64,000 nt of DNA from an uncultured Sangeribacter sp. GTDB lineage: Bacteria > Bacteroidota > Bacteroidia > Bacteroidales > Muribaculaceae. This document shows positions 1 to 8,367 of this stretch, in pieces. The notes under the pieces were generated by a model. It worked only from the letters and a program-made list of their open reading frames with translations, was not told the DNA's origin and searched no databases. Location: contig CAYPBS010000001.1 of the NCBI GenBank assembly GCA_964409015.1, forward strand, positions 73,007 through 137,006, in the 5' to 3' direction. Position 1 is the first letter of the stretch. Each line of letters begins with the position of its first letter. Made by a program: the position numbers and the translations under genes.

Positions 1-1
1 A

Positions 2-922
2 CCCGGTGCCATCAACATGCCCGCAAACCTCGGTGTCGGCATCATCATCGAAAACAATGAAATCACCAACGTCTCGACTCTGAACGCAATGCGACCCTAC
101 ATCAACGTTGTCTGCAATGCTGAAGACCCCGTTATCATTCGCCACAACATTCTCAACGGAGCTAAACTTACTGCCCCCGGCGGTATCGGCGTCTCCAACA
201 TGCTCAACCTCCCCGGTGAGAACAAAGTCATAGTCGAATACAATACCGTCACTAACTGCTCTTGGGGACTTAACTTCGTCGGAGGTATGGACGTAAGGAT
301 TATTGGCAACACCGTCAAGGACAACTGCTGGGACACAGACGTTAACGGTGGTATCGGCGCTACACTCTACAGTATTGCCTCATACCCCATGACCGTTTAC
401 GCTCAGGAAAACATATTTGAAGGCAACAAATGGGGACCTTGTACTGTAGGCGCAACCATCGCTAATTTCGGCAAGACCGAAGACCCCACTGCCGAAGACT
501 ACAATCCCGGCCTCAACGTATTCCGCAACAACAAGCACCTCGATGCAGACGGCAAAGAAGTATGTGTCGACTTCTGCAACAACTCTAAAGTCACACAATA
601 CGCTCAGGGCAACTTCTGGAACGACGCCAATACAGCCGAGGAAGTCGCTGCAACAATTCAGGATGAAAACTTCTCCGCCTCCTACGGCCCCGTTATCTAT
701 ACCCCCTTCGGCGATCCCTCGGGAGTTGAAAAAATTTCTGTAAAGGAAACCCTAAGCTTCAACGGAACCCTTGTCACAGCTGCCGACAACGCCCTCATCT
801 ATGTCTATGACATAGCAGGACGCTGCATAGCCAAAGCCCAAGGCACATTCTCTATCGCCGATATGCCCAAGGGTATATACATTGCCAAAGCAGCCGGCAA
901 AACACTTAAATTCGCCAAATAA
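2..922 (+). CDS. C-terminal part of a secreted parallel beta-helix repeat protein with T9SS-type C-terminal domain (5' end outside window)
   Basis: Frame open from the window edge; repeated I-x-x-N beta-helix motifs; C-terminus 'VYDIAGRCIA...GIYIAKAAGKTLKFAK' typical of a T9SS CTD. Confidence 0.75.
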   Translation, partial: PGAINMPANLGVGIIIENNEITNVSTLNAMRPYINVVCNAEDPVIIRHNILNGAKLTAPGGIGVSNMLNLPGENKVIVEYNTVTNCSWGLNFVGGMDVRIIGNTVKDNCWDTDVNGGIGATLYSIASYPMTVYAQENIFEGNKWGPCTVGATIANFGKTEDPTAEDYNPGLNVFRNNKHLDADGKEVCVDFCNNSKVTQYAQGNFWNDANTAEEVAATIQDENFSASYGPVIYTPFGDPSGVEKISVKETLSFNGTLVTAADNALIYVYDIAGRCIAKAQGTFSIADMPKGIYIAKAAGKTLKFAK

Positions 923-961
923 ACCTCTGCTGATTTATTAAACTCAACATCTCCATATAAC

Positions 962-996
962 GAAGCCGGGCACATAAATCAATTATGCCCGGTTTC
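962..996. terminator. Hairpin terminator between convergent genes
   Basis: gaagccgggca...tgcccggtttc inverted repeat. Confidence 0.6.
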
Positions 997-1087
997 CCAT
1001 TTTAACATACAAATCAAATCGACGCTCGGCATTTCTTACCAAACATCAATGTAAATATCCCTTGTATTTTAAGAAACTAAAACACCG

Positions 1088-1498
1088 TCAGATATCCCAC
1101 AATTGATCAAGCATCTCATTAGTGATCGCCTGCGCCTCCACATCCTGCTCATACTCGGTCTTTTCATAAAGCCTGTCAAACTTCTTTCTCACATCCGACT
1201 TTGCAAATCTCTCATCATCAACAAATGAGTCCCACTCTTCTGACTCCAAAAGAACCGGACTGTTATTGACCTTGTAAAGAAAAACCGCACGATCCTCCAG
1301 CTCCGCAAAACTGTAATAATCGTAGTACTCTTCCATAATGGAAATAGCCTTATCAACATCATTAGCCTGCGCAGCCGAAAGAAGATCCTTACTCATCTGA
1401 TCCGCATCAGTTTCCGGATCTCCCGTGACACCTCCGCCACAGCCGGACAAACCAAAGCATAGAAACAGGACAACGAAAAAAGAAAAAATTTGCTTCAT
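1088..1498 (-). CDS. Small acidic hypothetical lipoprotein
   Basis: Signal peptide with lipobox-like LSGC; D/E-rich mature region. Confidence 0.7.
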   Translation of the reverse strand: MKQIFSFFVVLFLCFGLSGCGGGVTGDPETDADQMSKDLLSAAQANDVDKAISIMEEYYDYYSFAELEDRAVFLYKVNNSPVLLESEEWDSFVDDERFAKSDVRKKFDRLYEKTEYEQDVEAQAITNEMLDQLWDI

Positions 1499-1728
1499 GA
1501 TAAAGTAAAGGTTAAAATTATTGACAAACTTACAAAAAAATTTCTAACATTACCTCACATCCGAAAAAATACTTAAAAAAGTCTTCCCCCCATCAAAAAA
1601 CCGCAGTCATGGAATTGAAAAAGACGAGGCATTATCGTTGCTATTATGAACCGACTCTTGCGTATTCCGGGTATAATTTATATCTTTGTTCTTGGAGGAG
1701 CATTGTGATTTAACAGATTCTCAGTCTT

Positions 1729-2259
1729 ATGTCAAATTTTGACGTGTACATAGTTCACGGAGAGCCTCAAGAAAAAGATAAAGCCGAAGCTTGGCAAACA
1801 GCTATCGGTCTTCAGGCTGTTGACGGACTTAAAGTGTCGTCATATCTGCTTGAAACTGCGCGTCGTCATATCGAGGGCGACATTACCATTGACGAAGCAC
1901 GCAAGCTGATAAAGAATTATTACGGTACCAAGTCAGAACATGATACGACAGATGAAGAGAACGACAAGGCTTCCGTAAACATTGCAAAGATTCTTGGCGA
2001 ACCTTCCTTTTCATTCTCTTTAATCGGACTGACATCTATTCATCGCCGTGTTAATGTTTCACCCACGACATATTATATTAAGAAATTTTTGCGAAATCTG
2101 ATTCTTGACGAAAACAATGAGCTTCGAAATCGCGAAATGCTTGTAGGAACACATCATTTGCCGCATAAAATCCAAAGTATCAATCCATCTTCTCCGAAGT
2201 ATCAATTTGATACTTTGAAATGCACCATGGAGGAATTACCCGTGCTTAAACTGACCTGA
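1729..2259 (+). pseudogene. Degenerate Fic-family gene: VbhA-like N-terminal domain kept, FIC core and C-terminal HTH missing
   Basis: N-terminus 'WQTAIGLQAVDGLKVSSYLLETARRHIEGDITIDEA' matches Bacteroidales Fic proteins as I recall them; after 'TSIHRR' it jumps to the post-FIC segment 'FLRNLILDENNELRNREM'; no HPFxxGNxR motif; promoter-like TATCTTTG at 1681-1688. Confidence 0.7.
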
Positions 2260-2262
2260 AAT

Positions 2263-3372
2263 TCACTTGTTATATTTTTTACGAATCCATTCTCTAAGAT
2301 TTTTCAGCGAAAAACTTCTAAAGAAACTTTGGAGACATATCTTCTCACCTTGCAACATACCGCGCAAAAGCCACAAATTGCCCATAATATTTGAAAAAGA
2401 CTTTCCTTTTTCATTTCGACAACAAACGGAAGATCGGTAACAACAATCTTTAACAAAATGGTTTGCCCCTTTCATATAATGATGTTTAGCCTTGCTTAAA
2501 TCGTAAGTACAGCCGACAGCTCGTTCATAACACTCTCCCAAAAGAAGATGAGAGTTGTAATATCCTAAGTTGCAGCTGTGATTTAAGATATAAACAACCA
2601 ATACACGATCCTTTTTCGAGACTCTTGTGAGAGGTCTTGACAGTCTTTTTTTAGCATATATAAACATGGCTCTTGCATCACCCAAATTATAATATTGTCT
2701 TAAAACATTATCCGGCATGTCCCACTCCACTTCCTCATGCATCGTGCCCGGAAAAGAAAAGAATCGAGCGTTGGAATCATCATCTTCTACTCCATAGACT
2801 ATTCTCTCTCCTGAATTAAGCTTAGACCTCAAAAAAGTATTAACATACTTTCTGGAGTAAGACAAAATACCTTCGGACGAAGTCCTTGTTAAAAAATAGC
2901 TTATTTCTGACTTTACACCCAATCCATGAAGAGTATATATACGATTCTTAAATTTATTATTAAAACTTGATTCCAAATTAAAAAGAAAATCGCTCAGAGA
3001 AGCAACAGAAAACCTCCGATGTTCTTTCGACAGAAATCGACGCTTATCCAACCATCCTGCAAGTAAATATGCATTATTAAGATAGAATGTTTCAAAGAAT
3101 GAAACAAGCTCAATAATATTTTGAACATATCCCGAATTGATAGTTACAGATAGTCCGATAAATGACTCTTTATTACCGTCCGGATAATCCTTATACCGAA
3201 ATATGAATGTATGAAAGAAAAGTCTCCACGAACGATGAAGAACCAGAGTCCTATCGTGTCTGCACTCTGAAGTCAACCCGCTAAACTCTTTGCGAGATAG
3301 CAGATGAGGGTAAAGATTCAAATATCCGGTCGCAGATATATGAAATATGTAGGCAGCGCAATTTAATGTCAC
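2263..3372 (-). CDS. Hypothetical protein: uncharacterised N-terminal alpha/beta domain plus C-terminal Sel1-like repeats
   Basis: 369-aa ORF, GTG start 1 bp after the upstream stop; 'LLLGECYERAVGCTYDLSKAKHHYMKGA' is Sel1-like. Confidence 0.65.
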   Translation of the reverse strand: MTLNCAAYIFHISATGYLNLYPHLLSRKEFSGLTSECRHDRTLVLHRSWRLFFHTFIFRYKDYPDGNKESFIGLSVTINSGYVQNIIELVSFFETFYLNNAYLLAGWLDKRRFLSKEHRRFSVASLSDFLFNLESSFNNKFKNRIYTLHGLGVKSEISYFLTRTSSEGILSYSRKYVNTFLRSKLNSGERIVYGVEDDDSNARFFSFPGTMHEEVEWDMPDNVLRQYYNLGDARAMFIYAKKRLSRPLTRVSKKDRVLVVYILNHSCNLGYYNSHLLLGECYERAVGCTYDLSKAKHHYMKGANHFVKDCCYRSSVCCRNEKGKSFSNIMGNLWLLRGMLQGEKICLQSFFRSFSLKNLREWIRKKYNK

Positions 3373-3373
3373 T

Positions 3374-3979
3374 TCACAAACTGAAAATCATACAATCATG
3401 GGTATTATCTACCATGTAACCTCCGAGTCTATCGAGAATCTCATTACCAAGCAAAAGCGGTGCTTGTGGATTGTCAGAAACTAAAGCTTCCACATTTCCG
3501 CAATAGAGCAAATCTCCATTGACACCCTTTATCGCCAGTTGACGAAGTATTACCACAGAATTTACCGACAAAGAGCCGTCCGCAATCACACTGATCGACT
3601 CACCCTCGTAGTCCTGAATTGTCAATACACCCTTTTGCGCAAGATATTCTGCCTCTGCAAGAGAAATTAGAGTGGTGGAACAGCCGGTGTCAACGATCAT
3701 GGGTACGGTGAATGTGCCATTGATTTCAGCCTCCACATATTTTACTCCGTCTTTCCTGATGAATGGCACAATGATCGTTTCTGATTCTTCGTCGGTAGTA
3801 TCTCTGTAAAAATCCTCATGAGGGGCGAATGTGGAATCGACATAACTTTCATAAGTCAATGTTTCGCTTTCCGTGAAATCGCCATAACGATTATAATGAC
3901 GCTTCTTACAACTTGCAAAAGCGACAACTACCGCTATGACGGCCAGAAGGATTGCAAACGATGCTCGGAACATTTTCAT
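3374..3979 (-). CDS. Retropepsin-like (clan AA) aspartyl protease lipoprotein
   Basis: Lipobox FASC; catalytic 'MIVDTGCSTTLIS'; C-terminal 'LLLGNEIL' motif. Confidence 0.85.
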   Translation of the reverse strand: MKMFRASFAILLAVIAVVVAFASCKKRHYNRYGDFTESETLTYESYVDSTFAPHEDFYRDTTDEESETIIVPFIRKDGVKYVEAEINGTFTVPMIVDTGCSTTLISLAEAEYLAQKGVLTIQDYEGESISVIADGSLSVNSVVILRQLAIKGVNGDLLYCGNVEALVSDNPQAPLLLGNEILDRLGGYMVDNTHDCMIFSL

Positions 3980-5178
3980 CTAAAGCCATTTTGTAAATCT
4001 TTGCTAATCGTCGAAAAGTTGCCCGCAGTTTCATCTAAATTCTCTGTACGATCAGGATTTACAGGAGGGGTTACATCCACATAAGAAATAGGCAGCTCAG
4101 AATTCGGATTTATCTCTACACTCTTCGTTGTTGACTCATTATCCTTAATAGATATTTTGATATTCTTATCTACCGATAATATTTTACCGTACACTACGAA
4201 CATCATAATCAAAAGAACCAACAAAAAGAAGGCAAATACATAAGAAATTATGGTACAAGAGAACGAAGAACATTTTTTATCCTCTATGCCCTCTCTCTTA
4301 TTCCTTTGCTTCTTACCTTCTATGAAACAGTTAATATTTCCGGAACCATTTTGAGGGTGACCATTTAGGCGAGGATCGTTAGCCTTGAAAGTACTCCTTT
4401 GCAGCTGAGACTGAAGAAGGGTTGCCTGCTCTTTTAATCTCTCATTCTCCAATGACAGAGAAGAGTTCAGACTCTCCGTGTCGCTAACTTCCTTCTCATA
4501 AGTGATGTTTTTCTCCGTCAGATTCTTTATTTCTTCATTCAACCGTTTTATTGTAGAGACCACAGATCGTTTTTCAAAAGAATCGGAAATAATGACCCTG
4601 AAATTATTCCCTAAAAGACTCGCCACATCTTCATTGGACACATCTTCGGGATTAAGTCGGATCTCTTGCGAGAAACCAACGGAATTGGTTTGTAAAGGAG
4701 AGCCTTCGCCAGCAGTCAGAATCGTGAGAACGCAATCTTTGTTCATTATATCCTTGAAGCCTTCCATGAAAGATTCGGCATCAGGAGCTTTCAGATCATA
4801 TTTCCATTGTTTTAAAGGAGTCAAAACACTCGGAATAACTATATTCTCCATTACCGAAATCAAAAAACTTCTCACTGCGGAGACGTTGGCAATGTACCTT
4901 GAAGTTGCAAGAGTCAGTCCGATATACCCAAATCTAGCACCTGAAGATCCTCGCGACAACTCTCGGATGCCCTTTAGATAAAGTATATCATAATAACAGA
5001 TGGAGTTGGCGAGATTTTCCTCTACAATAAAAAGATTAACCGGCCGCTCGTCTCCCGAAAAAGTAGCGCCCTCCATTGACAACTGATGAAAATAATCAAA
5101 GCGCGATTTCACATAACGGTCTTCACCGAAGTGCTGAAGTCCCGCACAAACGCCATGTAATATAAACGAATAATCCAT
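3976..5178 (-). CDS. Hypothetical protein: uncharacterised N-terminal domain, coiled coil and single TM helix
   Basis: Probable start MDYSF at 5178; heptad segment 'IKRLNEEIKNLTEKNITYEKEV...LKEQATLLQSQL'; TM 'IISYVFAFFLLVLLIMMFVVY'; ATGA overlap with the protease gene. Confidence 0.7.
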   Translation of the reverse strand: MDYSFILHGVCAGLQHFGEDRYVKSRFDYFHQLSMEGATFSGDERPVNLFIVEENLANSICYYDILYLKGIRELSRGSSGARFGYIGLTLATSRYIANVSAVRSFLISVMENIVIPSVLTPLKQWKYDLKAPDAESFMEGFKDIMNKDCVLTILTAGEGSPLQTNSVGFSQEIRLNPEDVSNEDVASLLGNNFRVIISDSFEKRSVVSTIKRLNEEIKNLTEKNITYEKEVSDTESLNSSLSLENERLKEQATLLQSQLQRSTFKANDPRLNGHPQNGSGNINCFIEGKKQRNKREGIEDKKCSSFSCTIISYVFAFFLLVLLIMMFVVYGKILSVDKNIKISIKDNESTTKSVEINPNSELPISYVDVTPPVNPDRTENLDETAGNFSTISKDLQNGFR

Positions 5179-5191
5179 ATCATTATCACTA

Positions 5192-6118
5192 TTATCCTCT
5201 CGTCTTTTTACGTATCGTTTCCCAAAGATTCCTCGGGAAAACATCGTCGCCGGGTGTAAACAACTGCGCTCCACCGGAGGTCACAGCATAAGAGCCTGTA
5301 GAGAATGGAAGCAATGAACAGAAATAAGGATTTATAAATTTTGTTATCGGATTTTCATTTTTAAACACCTCAAATAATCCCGGATATTCCTCATTGATTT
5401 TTCTTTCCAATCCTTTGATCCGAACCTTTCCGCTATAGAAAAGATCCGTTAAATCCACCTTATTGTAGACAACAATGACACTATCCTGAGGCTTGATAAA
5501 CCTTTTCAATCGACTTATCCTTTCCACATATTTTTCTCTTACCTTAGGATTCTCCCATTCAGGCTCAAGCATAATACACCAAATTTTTCTATTATGGCTG
5601 TTTTTGATGCTTTCCAAATAAGGCGGAAAAGGAGTGTTGACAGGCATTTCAGGATCGAAATACAATTCTCCGGGAGCCTCAAGAATCTGACATATACATC
5701 CGCCATCATTAGAATTACGTTTTGCAACTGTCAAAAGCATAAAGTTTGTGAGCGACGTAGGAAGTGCAGCCAGATCGCTTTCACACCAGTCATCCCATGA
5801 AGCACATAACATATTATAATTCCGGTCATCCATAGGACGGAAATCCGCACGCGGTTTCACCTTTAAATGCAATTCATCCAAATAGTGCGCAAGACGAAGC
5901 AGCAACATTGTTTTTCCGCATCCCGACGGACCAAAAAGAATTACAATCGGATCGATTCTGTTTGCAATATGAACAGCTACATCATTGGCACTCATGGGCG
6001 CTCCAGCTCTTGAAGTGCTTTTAGAGGATGTGCCATTTAATGATTCATGAGTAGTAGCAGGAGACACGGATTCACCCTGTCCGATGAGATCATCAATTAT
6101 CTTATTTGACTCAGCCAT
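5192..6118 (-). CDS. Divergent TRAFAC-class GTPase
   Basis: G1 GPSGCGKT, G2 Thr (ALPT), G3 variant EAPG, G4 NKVD, G5-like FSTG. Confidence 0.8.
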   Translation of the reverse strand: MAESNKIIDDLIGQGESVSPATTHESLNGTSSKSTSRAGAPMSANDVAVHIANRIDPIVILFGPSGCGKTMLLLRLAHYLDELHLKVKPRADFRPMDDRNYNMLCASWDDWCESDLAALPTSLTNFMLLTVAKRNSNDGGCICQILEAPGELYFDPEMPVNTPFPPYLESIKNSHNRKIWCIMLEPEWENPKVREKYVERISRLKRFIKPQDSVIVVYNKVDLTDLFYSGKVRIKGLERKINEEYPGLFEVFKNENPITKFINPYFCSLLPFSTGSYAVTSGGAQLFTPGDDVFPRNLWETIRKKTRG

Positions 6119-6140
6119 ATATAAAATTCAATTATTAGTA

Positions 6141-7199
6141 TTAGTCGTCATTATTATTAGAAAAAGTAAGATCAAAAAAAGCGAAGGCAGCAATATCAAC
6201 AAGAAGGGATAAAAGAATCCACCAAATAAATCCTCTGCCACTATAGTTACCATCGATATAGTCACTCCAAACATCAACTACACTTGTCATGCGTGTAGTC
6301 TCAGATGCTACATTATCTTTTGAATATTTCTCTTTATCCTCTTTAGATTTAAAAGTCACAAGATTATTGTAACTCCTTATAACAGTGTAACTATCGTTGA
6401 CAGCTTCAGAGATTTGTTTCAGATCTTCTGCCTCTGTCACATCCAAAGTACCATTAGCAATATCTTTTTTTATTAAATTCAGACGATTCATCTGATCTGT
6501 CGCAGATTTCTTAATAAATGGAAAATCACTGGTACGAATCCGGCTCTCAATTTCCTTAAGTTTTGTTTTTCTCAATCCTTCAATCTGTTGCTCCATAACA
6601 TCACACGCATTTTTTATCTGAATGTAAGTCTCCACATTACCGGAAAGAGGTTTTATATCGCTGCCTAACACTTTATTAAGCTCTGTGAGAGCTTTAAGAG
6701 ATTCACGACCAAATCCGGGATTGTTCGGATTCTGTATCTCGTGCAAAAGATTGGCTTTTCGGACATCTAATTCGCTATTGAAAGCGTTTTGTTCATCCTT
6801 GATTTTTTCATCGATCATTGTGCCCCGAGCTAATTGTCCCAAATATCCATAAGTCACGGATATATCCTCATTGATTTTCTCCGGAGCTACATTATGATAG
6901 AAAAGAGTATGAGTATTTGTAGGAAACGAGAACATCAGCCAAAAAAGGATGACCATAATCAATCCCAATATCAACTTTAAACCGCGCTTATTTACATAGA
7001 TACTTGTATTAAGGCTGTCAACAATGAGTTTAGAGCCGAAAGATGCCAGTATGAATACACCTATAGAAATTAGCCAGCAAAACGCGTAAGGCCACGTCGG
7101 GAGCAATAGATGCAAAGAAGCCGAGGTTGCCCAGCAGCTCATTAGAGCAAACAGGACGAAACCTGCCAAAAAAAATAGTTTATTTCGTTTACTTTCCAT
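6141..7199 (-). CDS. Membrane protein with three N-terminal TM helices, helical soluble region and C-terminal TM (DUF4407-like topology)
   Basis: Probable start MESKRNK at 7199 with TAnnTTTG element at 7216-7223; hydrophobic segments; central 'EIQNPNNPGFG' motif. Confidence 0.7.
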   Translation of the reverse strand: MESKRNKLFFLAGFVLFALMSCWATSASLHLLLPTWPYAFCWLISIGVFILASFGSKLIVDSLNTSIYVNKRGLKLILGLIMVILFWLMFSFPTNTHTLFYHNVAPEKINEDISVTYGYLGQLARGTMIDEKIKDEQNAFNSELDVRKANLLHEIQNPNNPGFGRESLKALTELNKVLGSDIKPLSGNVETYIQIKNACDVMEQQIEGLRKTKLKEIESRIRTSDFPFIKKSATDQMNRLNLIKKDIANGTLDVTEAEDLKQISEAVNDSYTVIRSYNNLVTFKSKEDKEKYSKDNVASETTRMTSVVDVWSDYIDGNYSGRGFIWWILLSLLVDIAAFAFFDLTFSNNNDD

Positions 7200-7306
7200 A
7201 TGTAAGTTTTTGCTACAAAGATAGACCAAATCACTCTCAATACGAGCAAGTATAAGGTATCCATTCATGAAATCCCCAAGATATTTCATGAAAACTGACG
7301 AAAACT

Positions 7307-7657
7307 TCACGAATCCATTAAAACAGAAACCAAACGTTTGATCACGATTGGAGGCATACATACCTCCCTCAGAGACTCGTGTTCAAAAGAAAAAGATACT
7401 CGTCCCTTTGGTATGTTTACCTTCTTAACCGCAGAAACATTGACAATCCAAGACCTCCCTAGACGAACTATTTCCTCATATCCACACTCTTTTAGCCTTT
7501 CCTCAACTTCAGCTATCTTAATTGGAAGAAAGGCATGACCGCCTGATTCATAATACACGGTGCAGTAATGCTCGCATGCACACACGTAGGCGATATGCAA
7601 GGGATGCAATACGAATACTTCATCGCGTGTACGAAACAAGATAGAGAATTTTTTCAC
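7307..7657 (-). CDS. Stand-alone LytTR DNA-binding domain protein
   Basis: 'IAYVCACEHYCTVY' and 'IVRLGRSWIVNVSAVKKV' LytTR motifs; no receiver domain. Confidence 0.8.
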   Translation of the reverse strand: MKKFSILFRTRDEVFVLHPLHIAYVCACEHYCTVYYESGGHAFLPIKIAEVEERLKECGYEEIVRLGRSWIVNVSAVKKVNIPKGRVSFSFEHESLREVCMPPIVIKRLVSVLMDS

Positions 7658-7964
7658 TGTATGTCACAGATATGCCGTGGATAAACAACAAAACGACGCG
7701 GGATTCAAAGTCCGATGCCTGTCACATGTCGTCAGAGGTCTTCGCATTACCTTTAGTCAGATGCAACAAGCAATGCTAGAAGCCCACGCCGATATGTGTG
7801 TCTATACCATAAGTTCTGCATGTGAGACGATCCACATGCAGACACAAGATATGACCTGACACATCCGTATGGACGACTACATTGCCCGACTCTCTGACTA
7901 AGTGGAAGTTGCGAAGTTCCTGAGCGACGAAAGTCCGGACGCATTGTAGCGTCATTATTTTGCG

Positions 7965-7995
7965 CAAAGATAATGCTTTTATACTAAAGCTCAAA
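7965..7995 (-). promoter_or_regulatory. Bacteroidetes sigma-A-type promoter for the island
   Basis: TTTG-N19-TATCTTTG on the minus strand. Confidence 0.65.
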
Positions 7996-8367
7996 ACCAC
8001 ATTTCCCACATAAAGCCAATATGTATCCGCGTATTTTCCCCCTCGCATACTGATGGCTCAAAATGTAAAAAAGATTTTTTGGTGTCAATAATAGGGCGAT
8101 TCCAAATAATGTATTACCTTTGCGCCTGTATTATAGCGCAATAGCTGTGGAAGATTCGCATTTGGCCGTTGTTGACCAATGAAAAACTCTATTCTTATCA
8201 CTTTTACGGATTCGGCACCCCAAACCGTATCAGGGGCTTATTGAAACCTTATTATGATACACTGTAGTGATTAGCAACGATTTACCTGCACCACTCCTGC
8301 GGCTGACATATCTTGCATCTAATATTATTAACTAACATAAACCAATATCAATTCAAAAAAATCTATC

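Noticed and set aside
7885-7940. Hammerhead ribozyme (CUGA...GAAA words) or retron msr-msd
   Set aside because: Core is not CUGAnGA with correct stem topology; no reverse transcriptase in the window
1500-8050. Intact mobile element (prophage/ICE) at the AT-rich island
   Set aside because: No integrase, transposase, tRNA or flanking direct repeats seen; only composition and the broken Fic gene suggest acquisition
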